Counted from the first letter of the stretch, positions 35,831 through 48,570 are shown. The stretch is DNA of 64,000 nt from Octopus sinensis (GCF_006345805.1 NC_043000.1:82336001-82400000); one strand, 5' to 3'. Notes: generated by a model not told the origin, from the sequence alone. Made by a program: numbers and translations.

Positions 35831-36614
35831 AATGAGGTAAGATCGGATGGTTCATATTTATAGATATTTATTTATATATTACATTTTTTACATATATATC
35901 ATATCATTCAGATCATATCATTCGGATTAGCGCTTTCTCCCAATCGAGTGGGCTTTTCAAATCAATTCCTTGTGGGTAATTTGAACATTTTATAGTTTCG
36001 TAGTAGTGGTGGGGAGGAATAAAACAGTATAAAAGGGTGAGGAGGAAGTAAGACAGAGAAAACATGTGTGTATGTGTATGTGTGTGTGTGTGTATGTGTG
36101 TGTGTGTGTGTGCGTTTGTATCTGATAGGGAAGAAGAAGTATTGTTATTCCGTTGGCCTACTGGACCCCCTGTGGTTTTCTAAGAATTTGGCTCTGCTCT
36201 CTGTCCAGTCTCGTGTCACTGAGTGTGTGTTGTGCGTAGGCTGGCCGGACAAATGTCATTTGGGGTCACACTTTCTATGATCATTTTGTGGAGGTGTGTG
36301 TGTGTGTGTCCGTGTGTGTTTTTGTGTGCGTGTGTGTGTGTGTGTGTCTCTGTGTGTTTGGAGAAGGAGAGAGAGAAAAAAGAAAGAAAGAGAAAAGGGA
36401 AAATAAAAATAAAAATAAATATAAAAATAAAAAATAATTAAAAATATAAAAAATAAAAAATAATAAATAAAAAAATAAAATATAAAAAAATAATAAATAA
36501 AAAAATAAATAAAAATAAGGGAGGAAGTGGAGAAGAAAAAAATATTTTTGTGTGTTGATATTTATACCAATATATATATATATATACACACACAGACTTA
36601 TACATAAAATATTT

Positions 36615-37170
36615 GAAAAAAACCTTTTTATCGGTTCAAAATGAATAACCAAATTACACCATCTTGAAAATTGTATATCATAGGAAAGTTAAAATTAAAG
36701 TGACAATTAAAAGGTAAAGATGGAAGTAAATTATAAAGATAATAATATAATATAATGTATATAATAGGCAATACACATATCTATACACACACAGATATAT
36801 ATATATATATATATACACACATACACACACACAGACATATCCTAAATGTTCTACTATATTAGATTGTAAATCGAAAGATGTGTCCTTCAATGTCACTATA
36901 TATATATATACATGCTTACACATGAAATATTAGAGAAAAATCCACCTTCTATCGAATCAAAATGAACAATCAAGTTACACCATCTTGAAAATTGTATATC
37001 ATAGGAAGGTTAAAATTAGAATGACAATTGGCAAGTAAAGATCAAGTAAATTGCAAAAACAATATAGTGTATATAACAGGTAACATACACACACATACCT
37101 ATATACATACACACATATATTAAATGTTCCACTGTATCATATTGTAAATCGAAAAATTTGTCCTTCAATA
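36615..37170. repeat. Two tandem direct repeats (about 36615-36891 and 36935-37170) downstream of the Penelope-like ORF
   Basis: Both contain ttacaccatcttgaaaattgtatatcatagga..gttaaaatta...attgtaaatcgaaa..t.tgtccttcaat. Confidence 0.85.
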
Positions 37171-37186
37171 TATGTTGAGTAAAGTT

Positions 37187-37945
37187 TCAGCCATTTAATT
37201 TGGGGGAGAACTTAGCTATGAAATGTTTTTCCATATTCCTCCTGAAGGAGGTGTCGTTCTTCGGACACTTGTAGAAGGGAAATATCTTAAATTTTCCTTC
37301 TCCACATGTAGCTAGGTGTGTGCTTAGTGGTATTTTGCGTAGTTCTTCCTGCTGAATATGTTGTCGGTGGATCCTGGCTCGCTGGCACAAAGAATTACCA
37401 GTTTCACCTACGTAATTCTCCTTGCACGTGGGGCAGGTTATGCAGTATATAATGTTCTGCGTCTTGCAGTTCATATCTGCATTTACTTTGAATATGTCAC
37501 CATTTTAAAATCTTATCTCTCTGTTGCTCTCTATGTATTTGTAGGTGGGGTTGCTGCAGGCCCCACATCTACCATCTCCGCACTCTTTTGCAAAGAATTC
37601 CGTTTTAGTTTCTGAAGAGAATTTCGCTCTTGTTAGGTGTTTTTTTAGGTTTTTGTCCTGTCGTCTACTGTTTTTTATGCTATATTTGTTTAATATGTTT
37701 TTCATTTTGGGGCTTTGTAAGGCTATTGGTAGGTTTGAATGTATGGTTTGGAAGATGTTGGTAACTCCAGGGTTGTGTGTGTTTATAAAAGGGATAGTGT
37801 TTTCTTTGTTTTTGTTTTGGGTGTCCTGAGTTGTGTGATGTCTAGTTTTAATGCTCTTGTGATTCCATTTTCTATTAGTTTAAGGGGGTATTTTTGCTCT
37901 AGGAGGAAGCTTTTGAGTTCATCTAGTCTTATTAATCGTATTTGT
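37187..37945 (-). pseudogene. Penelope-like element (Neptune-like): RT thumb, Cys-rich linker and GIY-YIG endonuclease
   Basis: LDELKSFLLEQKYPLKLIENGITRAL, THNPG...RRQDKNLKKHLTRAKF, CGDGRCGAC, NIIYCITCPTCKENYVGETGNSLCQRARIHRQH...EKHFIAKFSPKLN*; one frameshift and one in-frame stop at 37505. Confidence 0.92.
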
Positions 37946-38081
37946 GATATATATATATATATATATATATATCCTTTGTTTTTGTTTTGTGGTTACTAAT
38001 ATGGTTTGTAGCCTCATCCATTAAGGATTTGTTTTTTCTTTTATGAGTACTACCGGTTAGTAAAATCCATATATTGTCCAT

Positions 38082-38215
38082 TCGTGACGGGCTTCTTTCA
38101 GATTCCGTCTATTTAGTCCAGTCACGGGGCTACAGTAGAAAACACTTGTCCATGCTGCCACGCAGTGGGGCTGAACTCGGAACTGTGTGAATGGGGGGAG
38201 GGTAGCAAGCGTCTT
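38082..38215 (-). mobile_element. SINE family B, 5' half
   Basis: gacgggcttctttcag...gctacagtagaaaacacttgtcc..tgctgccacgcagtggg. Confidence 0.75.
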
Positions 38216-38393
38216 ACTACACCGCCACCCCTGCGCTTATGCCATACAGTTGAGTATGTACGTATGTATATATGTACGTATGTATGCATGTATGTACGGA
38301 TGGATGTATGGATGCGGTTCAGCAAAAAGAACCGATAAAATGAGTAGCAGGCTTTTAAAAAATACTTACTGGAGTCGATTTGTTCGACTTAGC

Positions 38394-39209
38394 CAGCGGT
38401 TCTCAATTGGGGTCCATATTGCCCCTGAGAGTCCATATAAGACTTTTGGCAGTTCATGCAACAAAGTTGTAAATTGGAGGAATCTTTGGCTGCCCCTGTG
38501 GAAGTTTTGTGAAAATTTTAAAACTTGGTGTAATTTTCAACGCCAAAATCTCAGAAGATAATTCACTTTTTCCAGAAATATTTTTTAAAACTGTTATAGA
38601 GGTTTAAAGTTTGATCATTTTTACCCAGGATTTGGAAGCTGTCATTTTGTGCGTGACTGCACGTTTTGTCAAATGTAAATAAATGAAATATTGGCAGAAT
38701 TCTGCTTTACGCGAGCCCTGTAACCCCTCGTAACTTTTATATATTTTGGAATTTTGAGAAAAATTTTTGCGAATTTGTATTCTACACACGCAAAATTTAA
38801 AAGCTATCTGCTCTTTATTTATTGATTTATGGCAAAAATGAATTTTCATGTTAGTGACTACTTCACAAAACTACATCAGCATACATACCAAATATGAAAT
38901 CAATTGGAACAAAACTTAAAGAAATTGAAAAGTGGCAGCCAAACAGCGGCCAAACGACGATAGTATTTTGAGGGTCCCTGAAAAAAAATTACTTTTGACT
39001 CGTATGTACTATAAGAAAAACCTAGGCTTCTTGCTCTAACATTTTACCATAGTCAACCTACACAAGTTCAAATGTAATAAAACAAAATAGGAATTTTGAA
39101 AGAAGTTTCTACAAAACTATTTTTTAAACATCGAATGGCTATAGGGGTCCACCAGAATAAAATAGTAATCAAAGGGGTCCATAAATAAAAAAATAGTTGA
39201 GAACTCCTG
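38394..39209 (+). mobile_element. hAT MITE inserted in a SINE B 3' half, itself carrying a nested about 460-bp element (about 38488-38941)
   Basis: TIRs cagcggttctcaa / caggagttctcaa (revcomp); TSD gacttagc / gactaaac; SINE B resumes at 39210; inner segment bounded by ggctgcc / ggcagcc and partly repeated at about 56182-56420. Confidence 0.8.
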
Positions 39210-39293
39210 GACTAAACCCTTCGAGGCGGTACCCCAGTATGGCTGCTGTTCAGTGACTGAAAGAAGTAAAAGATAAAAGAAAGATATGTGCGT

Positions 39294-39364
<71 letters not shown>

Positions 39365-39744
39365 GATAGATAGAGAGAGAGTTCATCTTTCCTCCTTTGG
39401 TTACTTTCTTTTACTCTTCCTTCCTCTACCAGGTTTTCAACTTCTCCATCACCTCCTTTGCACATTATCTTAATTCCTACTTCCAAATAAGGTTTAATAT
39501 TATGCTCTACACATACATTATACATAAACATACATGCAGATAAAAAATATATCTACATATTCACTTTTGCGTCTTTTTTCTTTTCTTTTTTTTTCTTCTT
39601 TTACTGTACAACTTTACTAAATGCTAACACCAAAGCGTCAAATAAAAGCATTTTTTATTCCTCCCCTCACTCGGAATTTTCATTAACCATATTTAAGAAT
39701 TAGTAGAGCAACGAACAAAAGGTGTTGTATATTTAGTTATTTCC

Positions 39745-40590
39745 CTCTGGTCAAGCACTGGTGGTTTGTTGGGACTAAATACAAAAATTTGTCTGTGGGC
39801 TTGTGTAGTTCGTGTTTTCTTTGTGCTCTTGCAATCCTGTTCTGGTCGCAGGTGACACCTCTATTAGTGCAGCATCGCCAGGCAGAACAGCCTTATGCTT
39901 GCGATCCCCAGGTATCGGAGTTGATCTAAATGCTCTTCAGTGATGCTTTTTCTGTCCACCTTGCGTGTGCTTGCTTTTTGCCATTTTGCCGTAGAACCGT
40001 CTCTTGGGAAGTAGCGTATCAGGTATTCGAACAAGGTGGCTTGCCTACCTGACCTGTACTCTCCTCAGCAGTATGTAAATACTTAGCAAATCATCTCGGG
40101 AGAGAACCTCCGTGGCTAGGACCTTGTCTTGCCAGATGATTTTCAACAGCTTTCTCAGGCAGTTCATATGGAAGCGGTTTAGCATTTTAGCCATGCCGTT
40201 CGTAAACCGCCCAATTCTCGCAGGTATACAGTAACATGGGCAGTACAGTTACTTGGTACACCTTCTAATTCACGTAGCCGTCCGAATGCTGAGCTTCCCT
40301 TGGGTCGACTTCACTGTCAGTGTTCACAGATCTGGAAATTTGACAATGATAGTTGGTTTCACATACAGCTCCTGTGGGGCAGACTGATGCATGACCTCTG
40401 TCTTCTGAATACTGATTGTGAAGCCAAAGTTGCTGCAGACAGTGAAAAAGCCGTTCAGGCCCTGCTGCATTTGGTCTCTGTAGTGGCTTTGAGTGCGCAG
40501 TCATCTACGAACAGGAAGTTACGCACTGACTCTTCTTTTGAAGAGTCTGCCAATAGTCCTGAATCTGATATTGATGCTATGAATATCTGC
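39745..40590 (-). pseudogene. RTE-BovB-like LINE, RT and 3' region, degraded
   Basis: VRNFLFVDDCAL, NFGFTISIQKTEVMHQ, KVYQVTVLPMLLYTCENW, LNRFHMNCLRKLLKIIWQDKV, HLVRIPDTLLPKR.FYG. Confidence 0.9.
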
Positions 40591-40807
40591 CTTAAAGGTA
40601 ACCACATATAAAACATAAACATAAATTACACAGAAAACAAAACTTCATTTGCTTCGACAGAAATGCCCACCATCCTCGTTATTATCTTTAAGAATTATTT
40701 CAATAACATTAGTCGAAGAATCTTCCGCGTGACTTCAGAAAAAGGATGAGGCTATATATCTGCATATGACTTTTTTTCACATAGGTATACGGTAAAAAAT
40801 TTTGGAG

Positions 40808-40975
40808 TTTAGTAACAGTCGATTAAATGGACTCTAGTAGCTAACTGGTACTTCTTTTTATTGAACCTGGAAGAATGAAGAGCATAGTTAACTCCAGCAA
40901 GGTTTTAACTTAGAACGTAAAAGGATGTAACTAAATATGACAAGACATTTAATATACCATTCTGCCGTACCGCTA
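40808..40975 (-). mobile_element. Degenerate SINE family A copy
   Basis: agtcgatta...actggtacttc...gaatgaagagcatagttaactcc...cttagaacgtaa. Confidence 0.55.
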
Positions 40976-43049
40976 TTCACTAATAAATAGTTCAAGTTGT
41001 ACTAGTGAAAGATCGAAGTTGATTTGGTCACATGTTAAAGAGGAATGCAATAGTCTAAAGAGTTGTGGAAATCAACAGAAAACAATCGCCGACCTATCTC
41101 ACGGTATATTTGGGTATGATACTGTAATTATAGCAACGGCAATAACAACAATAATAACAATAGCCGCAGCTGCGATAAGATCAGAAAACAACAATGACAG
41201 CAACACCACGAACAGCAGCAACAACAACAACACCATCAGTAACACGAAAAACAAATAGAATCAAGCAAAAAGAAGTCCCTCAGTAGGGTTCGAACATAGA
41301 ATAGAGAAGTTCAAGAACAAATATTTTATCTATAGCTTGGTGTGAGGCGAGTCTATGACTGATGGGAGGGATTAGGAGGAAGAAACAGAAGATCTGCAGT
41401 ATATGTAAAACAAAATAGGTTCTGCTAAAGAAGATGATAGTGTTAAACAGGTTAATACTTTCAATCTGACATTTAAGAAAATATACAATCTACCTGACAG
41501 TCTTTCATACCGTTTCTATTTCCAGAACCTCACTCATAAGATTTAGTTGAAGGCATTTGACCAAGATGTCGCGCAGTGAGATAAAAAGCAGGACTACATC
41601 ATTACAAAGTAAACTTTCTAACGACACAGATATATATGATATAGCAATATATGACAATGAGATAACCCCAAGCTGTTCACTTGACTATCTAGAATAAGTA
41701 TGCAAGTATCCATCACACCATACCATAATGGAAAAATCAAATAACATGATGTAATCCTGAGGAACACTGCCTGAAAACAAAGATGGAATGACCTTGATAC
41801 GTTCATCAATCCAATAGACGTTATGTTTCTTGTCTACTGAGTAAATTGTATCAAGTTTTCTTGTTCTTATTGTTTATTCTTTGGATTTTTATTAGTTGTT
41901 CTATATCTGCTTGGTGGTTATGTTCTTTATATCTTGTTTAATAAATTTGTCGTTTGTCTAGTTTATAAATTATTATTTGTATGTCTGAAGTTGGGAAAGA
42001 TATTTTGATATAATTTGCGTGCGGACTGCAAGTTTATACCTGATGTCTCTACACTGTCCATTTTCTCATTGAGTTTACTTGTTTTGCTGCTGTATTACCG
42101 TTGCCATTGTTGTGTCTCTACTGTTATTTCCGTTCTTGTTAACACCACCAATTTTCGGGTGAAAACGGTCTACTTACAGCAATATTATATGAATGGGTCC
42201 ATTCATTTGTGTCTGCCTATCGTTTTCATTGGCTGATTTCTAATTTCTTTTCAGAAGTAAGACAACATCTCTGTCGATGCATATTTGGGTTTTAAATATG
42301 AATGGTACAAATATAAATATAACAGAGGCAATAATACATAATGCCACACTTTACATAAATGTTTCTGGAAAATGTCATTTGTACATTGCAGGAAAAATAT
42401 GACATATTATGCTTAGTCAACCGCAGAAATAGGGTGAACTACTGTTGCAGGTAAAAGAATAAACTCATTTAAAAATTTTAAAAAGCTAATCCTAGCTGTA
42501 ATCATGGTAAACATTAGATGAAGCAACAGTAGCAGAAATAGTAGTGGAATAATAACAATGCCAACATAACAGAGCAACTAACCTAATTAACCCATGGGAA
42601 AATAATAGCACATATGAAAAAATACTTTTAATGACTTCAAATATTAAATTATTTATGAAGTAAACAGATGGACACCTCAGTAAAACAGGACAGTTTCATG
42701 AATAGTTTCATGAGATCAATTTCAAATATAGTGCACCTGTAAAGTAATGAACAAATAAACAAGTGAAGTCGATTAATGAAAACAATAGAAGAGCCAATGA
42801 AGTGGAAAATGAAGCGACGACAACATATTAATATAAAAATAAGTAGTAACTAGTGAAGGAAACAGAAAAAAAAAACTACTCAACAGCATACAAAATCATC
42901 CGAATTTCCCCCAAAAAATCATTACCGACTGAGTATTGTAGAAAATTGAAAATCGGGTCATGAGAAAAATAATTCAGTTAAAATTTTATAGATATTCTGT
43001 ATACTATGTAGTAGATACTGCTTTCTTTAACTATAACATTTGAATGGAT

Positions 43050-43077
43050 ATGTATGTATGTATGCATGTGCCTATAG

Positions 43078-43132
<55 letters not shown>

Positions 43133-43312
43133 GGAGTAAACACATAATGTGAAACAAGGTGGAAAAAAGAGTACTCAATAGCAGGGGTAGAGTAATATGC
43201 TTTATTTAAAAGCAGCAGGCTACTTTTAAAAAGTATATATATTATATAATTATATATATATGTATATATGTATGTATATATATATGTGTATATAATATAT
43301 ATATATGTTATA

Positions 43313-43369
<57 letters not shown>

Positions 43370-43597
43370 TATATACATATATATGGTAGTATTGTAGTGA
43401 TTACAGGGGTAACTATATACGAGAGAATAAATCGATGAATACCAGTATGGGTATATTAGATATGGATATATCGATATATTGATACGCTAACGAGTATGTA
43501 TGTTTTGTGTCTTTGTACATGTACGTCAGTGTATACATGCAGAAAACATGTATTGTTATATATATAACATCACTTATATTATATATTGCTATGCATA

Positions 43598-43648
<51 letters not shown>

Positions 43649-43735
43649 GTTGTGTTCTCTCCTTCTCTCTTCCTCTCTCTCTCTTTCTATATGTATGTAT
43701 GTATATATATATATTATATATATATGTGGGTATGC

Positions 43736-43781
<46 letters not shown>

Positions 43782-43911
43782 AATATATATATATATATAT
43801 GTACATGCATATTGGTGGGGGCTTCGTCCATTTATCTCGCGTATGAAGAAGAAACATACGAGGATATAAATGTGTGTGTGTGTATGTGTGTGTGTGTATG
43901 TGTGTGTGTGT

Positions 43912-43945
<34 letters not shown>
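43050..43945. repeat. Cluster of (TA)n, (CT)n, (TG)n and (AG)n microsatellites
   Basis: Seen directly. Confidence 0.95.
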
Positions 43946-43946
<1 letters not shown>

Positions 43947-44451
43947 TTATTTCTGATATGTATGTAAATAATAATTTCAATCAATATACATTCCTTCATA
44001 GATATTTAATTATCAATATCTGCAGATATTCATACGTAAATATTATTTGAAAAAGTTTACATTCCTTCAGATATTCTTTATTTATATATTTATGTATTTA
44101 TTTATTTATTTATTTATTTATTTAGTGGGGGGAACGTTCCTCTCATCTTTATTCTCCCTTACAGAAGATGAATGAACAAAGCCCATGCTGAGAAATAGGA
44201 AAGTTCAAGCTGATAGTCAATAAAAGTATGCTTCATATATGCATGATTAAATGGTTGTAACACGTTCAAATCACAAACAAAGATCAAGAGAAGGTCATCT
44301 GTTGCTGTCCTATCTGCATTTCACCATACAATCGCAGAACGGTAGGGATAGCTTGAAACCAACACGCAAAAAATATTTGATGAAATGAAATTTTTTTATG
44401 AGGTTTGCCATAAATATAGCATTTTGTACATCTTACTTAACGTGGAGATAG

Positions 44452-44518
44452 TGTAGAAAGCCACAGGACTGCGTTATTCGTCTCGAGAAAGCATCTCGCA
44501 GTTGTGTGGCTTTCTACA
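44452..44518. ncRNA. Pre-miRNA-like hairpin (candidate)
   Basis: TGTAGAAAGCCACA / TGTGGCTTTCTACA perfect 14 bp, then G.G and G-U, then ACTGCG / CGCAGT; 23-nt loop; non-repeat context. Confidence 0.35.
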
Positions 44519-45118
44519 GTGTAAGATATATATATATATATAATGCTAATCTGAACTAATACTGTTATAAAGAGGATTCGAATTCTAACTGCAAGATACA
44601 TTCTCGGTTAGGTCTCACGAGTGAGCCACCACAATTTCACGCGATTGACCTATAAATTTACCGATCAGCATGAAACCATAGCGTGATATGGCTTGCTCGG
44701 ATGTTCTAGAATTTACCCTCTTGTTGCCCCATATAAAACCATTGGCGCTCAATTCGCCAGACACAACACTGAGAGCAGCAACCTGATTACACGCCTTACA
44801 TCTTGCCAGGCAGATGACTACCGGCACTCGAGCAGACGGCTTCGGACTTTTGCGCAGACAGACCGATTCTAAACATTCACTCAATATCCTATAAGTAGCT
44901 TCTTCAGGCGCGGCAGGGTTTTTCTCTCCTTCCAGTCGGTAATTATTAATATTTTTCTCTGTAAATAGCAAACACCAAATATATTATGTCCAACAATATT
45001 TAAAGGTCGTGAGTTTGCTTTAGTAATTCTACTCACAGTTTTACCCCAACAAAGAAAGGTGCAGCAACGAAACGATCTCAGTGAGAAGACTGAACATTTC
45101 AGCGATTTGTTAATCACT

Positions 45119-45153
<35 letters not shown>

Positions 45154-45656
45154 TGGAGGCTAAATTTGTCTAAGCATTCGATTTCTAGTGAATGCTTGTT
45201 ACTGACGAATCACAAACACGCAGAAATCTAGATTTAGCAATTCCACCAACGCTGCTCAATGGTTTTCGTCTGATACAGATATTCTTCAGTTTTTTTCTTT
45301 TTTTTTTTTTTTTTAGCATTATACGTCTATACGAGGCGAATAGCGCAGCTGCGTGGCTTTGAAATAATACTGCTTCCGCCGCTAACGAATTTTTTTCCTC
45401 GTACAGTTTTCTCGTAATTGCTTTTTTCTCTTTCTTCTTTTTTTTTTTTTTTGTCTTTTCTCGCAATTTCTAAGAGAAAAGGCTTGTTATATTCAGCCCG
45501 AAAAAATTACAGATTAGTACACGGTAAGCTATACAAGCTCGCCCCACTGCAGTACGATCGGATCATGAAATTATAGTAGCTCTCATTTAAACACTTTGTT
45601 TATCAACTGATTGATCACCCGGTGGATGGAATATTTCTTTTGTTGAACTCTCTCTC

Positions 45657-45705
<49 letters not shown>

Positions 45706-45720
45706 GTGTGTGTATGTACG

Positions 45721-45754
<34 letters not shown>

Positions 45755-45889
45755 TGTATGTATGTATGTATGTGTATGTATGTATGCATGTATGTATGTA
45801 TATATGTGTGTGTGCATGTATATATACACACACATATATATACATATGTGTGTATATATTTATTTATATATATATATATATTTATTTTT

Positions 45890-46058
45890 TTATTTTCTCT
45901 TTGTTTATTTCTGTATTCCTTTCTGTTGAAAAGCGTAAGCTCGAAATGTAAAAGACTTCCTCACTTCCCGAGCGTTAAACTAATACATCTGTTTGTTGTT
46001 TACACACTCGTCTTCGTCTTTTGTTTTGTCTGTTTTGTTTTTGGTAAATTCCAACTAT
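45890..46058 (+). mobile_element. Family D copy with decayed hammerhead motif (45919-45955)
   Basis: cuuu CUGUUGA a AAGC guaa GCUC GAAA UGUA|AAAG; downstream actaatacatctgtttgtt shared with the 31.3-kb copy. Confidence 0.7.
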
Positions 46059-46101
46059 ATATATATGTATATGTGTGTGTGTGTGTATATATATATATTC
46101 A

Positions 46102-46152
<51 letters not shown>

Positions 46153-46275
46153 TATAATAGTCACATATATATATGTATATGCGTGTGTATGCATGTAAGT
46201 ATGCATTGGCAAATAAAAATAGTCAAAAACAGCAAAAGTCGAAAAGGTCTTACACAGTAAATGAATTAGGAGTAT

Positions 46276-46310
46276 GTAACGTTTCGATCATGGATCTTCG
46301 TCAGAAAGAG
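46276..46310 (-). ncRNA. Candidate minimal hammerhead motif
   Basis: cucuuu CUGACGA a GAUC cau GAUC GAAA CGUU A: canonical core, 4-bp stem II, ACGU palindrome; stem I weak. Confidence 0.5.
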
Positions 46311-46341
46311 GAAAGAGAGGGAAGGTCCGGAATAATATCCT

Positions 46342-46372
<31 letters not shown>

Positions 46373-46728
46373 ATGCATACACACACACACATATCGGGAT
46401 GTTCGTCTTGGAATGTGGGACAGGATATTGTACTATGCCGCTGTTCGAGTTTGTAGACAGAACTCATCAATTAAAGAGCGAAGAACATGTTTGGTTGCAC
46501 AAACAGGAAAATAGAATTGAAAACATGGGTATATATAGTTTTGCATTTAACTGGCAGATGTTATAAAGTGGCTCAAGGTCCGAGAACTTTATACATTACT
46601 AGTTTGATAAGTGTCAGTGCACGGAATTCTTGGCCATTGAGTCACTTTATAACTTGTGCCGATTAAATAAAAAATGTTTATACTCGTGTTTCAGCTCTAT
46701 TTTCCTCTTTGTATTACCAAACCCGTAT

Positions 46729-46765
<37 letters not shown>

Positions 46766-48010
46766 TGCACGTGCGCGCGTGTGTGTGTGTATGTGTGTGA
46801 TTTCTATTTGATATTTTTTTGGTTTCAGCCATTATAATCGTTCTCTGTCTTTGTCTTTGCATCCCTTTCTTTCTCCCTCTCCCTCTCTCCCTCTCTCTCT
46901 CTCACTCCTTCTCCTTGTCTTTCTTTCTCCCACCTCTATCTCTTTCTCCCACCTCTATCTCTTTCTCCCGCCTCTCTCTCATTCTCTTTCTCCCTCTCTC
47001 TCTCTTCCTCTGTTGACGTTGATACGAGTTTTATGTATATAAGTCATAGATTTCTCTTTGATAAACACAGTAATAAAAAAACATAGCTATAAGTTAACTT
47101 TTGGCTGTTTTCCATCGAATTTCGCCAGTTTCTACATATTTCAGTAAATTTTCAGTGAATTTTTCACATTTCACTTTCTGTAAATAATATCAAAACACTG
47201 AATTTCAGCCAACGTTTCCGATATACTGCACTCATTATCAACATCTATTTTATACTCCTATCACACGAGGTAGTACGAAGCTTTCGCGTGGCCTTTCAAT
47301 CTGTCAGAAATAGTAGCCAACATTCCCTCAATTTGCTTGATGTCGCCTTCAAAATGGAGGCCTACACTAAATTGGTATTATGATTACAACGTCGTTAATC
47401 TTGTTGTTTATGCACCATTTAACGCTTTTTGTGGGGTTGTAGTGTTTGGTTGTTTTTGTTGTTGATATCGTCACTGTGTTTTCTCTGTTTTTGTTTGGTT
47501 CTTCAAGTGGTGTGAGCATGGTTTACGGCCAATTGGGACATAGGCGAGCTGCACAACTAGAAAGATACTCAAGATAAATTTTCGTCAGCGTGCCATTCGG
47601 AAAGTCACGCGGGTCGCAGTTTGCTATGACTGTGGTAGAAACACAATCACTGGTCGTTTTCCGTTTTTTTTTACCGTTCGCCTCACTACCACGCCTACGG
47701 TTTGCCTCACCCAGTCTCTTAGTTTTCTTCTTTGTCTGCGATATGCCAGACAGGCCTGGAAAAGTGACATAGAAAAACTATTTAAATAAACATAAATATG
47801 GAATATACATGTTTCATATCTCTTTATGGATCCGTGTTTGTCCCTTATCTAAATATAAATGGATATTGAACAAGGTGTGTTCAGTACACAAAAATATCAC
47901 ATAGGTACACAAATGTACACACACGTGGAAACCTTCTGTCTAAAGATATGAGAAAGATATTAGAATACAAACTATACAAATAGATGGACAAATTATCCAA
48001 ATATAAAGAT

Positions 48011-48570
48011 CGAGGTCGACTTTACCTTACATCCTTCCAAGGTCGATAAAATAAGTACCAGTCGAGCACTGGAACCGATGCAGTTCACTTACCCATTTAC
48101 CAAAAATTGCTGGCATTGTGTCGAAATTTGAAACCAATAATTATTTTTATCATTGAAGGCCGTGAGTTTTCAAAATCGTTAGCACGCCGGATGAACTGCT
48201 TAGGGACATTTCATCCCTTCTTACGCTCTGGGTTTAAATTCTCCGAGGTCGACTTTGCTTTTCATCCTTTCGGAGTCAATAAAACAAGTACTGGGGTTAA
48301 TGTAATCGACTACCCACTCCCGCAAATTTCAAGACTTGTGGCTATATGAGAAAGAAGGCGAGTTCGCAGAATCGTTAACAGGCCGGGGGAAATGTTTAGC
48401 AGTATTTGGTCCGTCTTCATGTTCTGAGTTCATATTCCACTGAGGTCGATTTTGCCTTTCATCCTTTCGGGATCGATAAAATAAGCATCAGTTATGTACT
48501 GGGGTAGATGTAATCGACTATCCCCCTCCCCCAAATTTCAAGCCTTGGACCTATAGTAGAAAGCATTATT
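48011..48570 (+). mobile_element. Three tandem SINE family A units (about 48011-48140 partial, 48155-48357, 48358-48570)
   Basis: gaggtcga.ttt.c.tt.catcct..gtc.ataaa occurs three times, each followed by a tail. Confidence 0.88.

Noticed and set aside
42170-42240. Minus-strand gtaagt donor with a short upstream open frame
   Set aside because: Acceptor ambiguous and peptide unrecognisable
45262-45292. Minus-strand CTGAAGA...TCTG/CAGA-C-GAAA
   Set aside because: Three-nucleotide gap before stem II and no cleavable NUH after stem III
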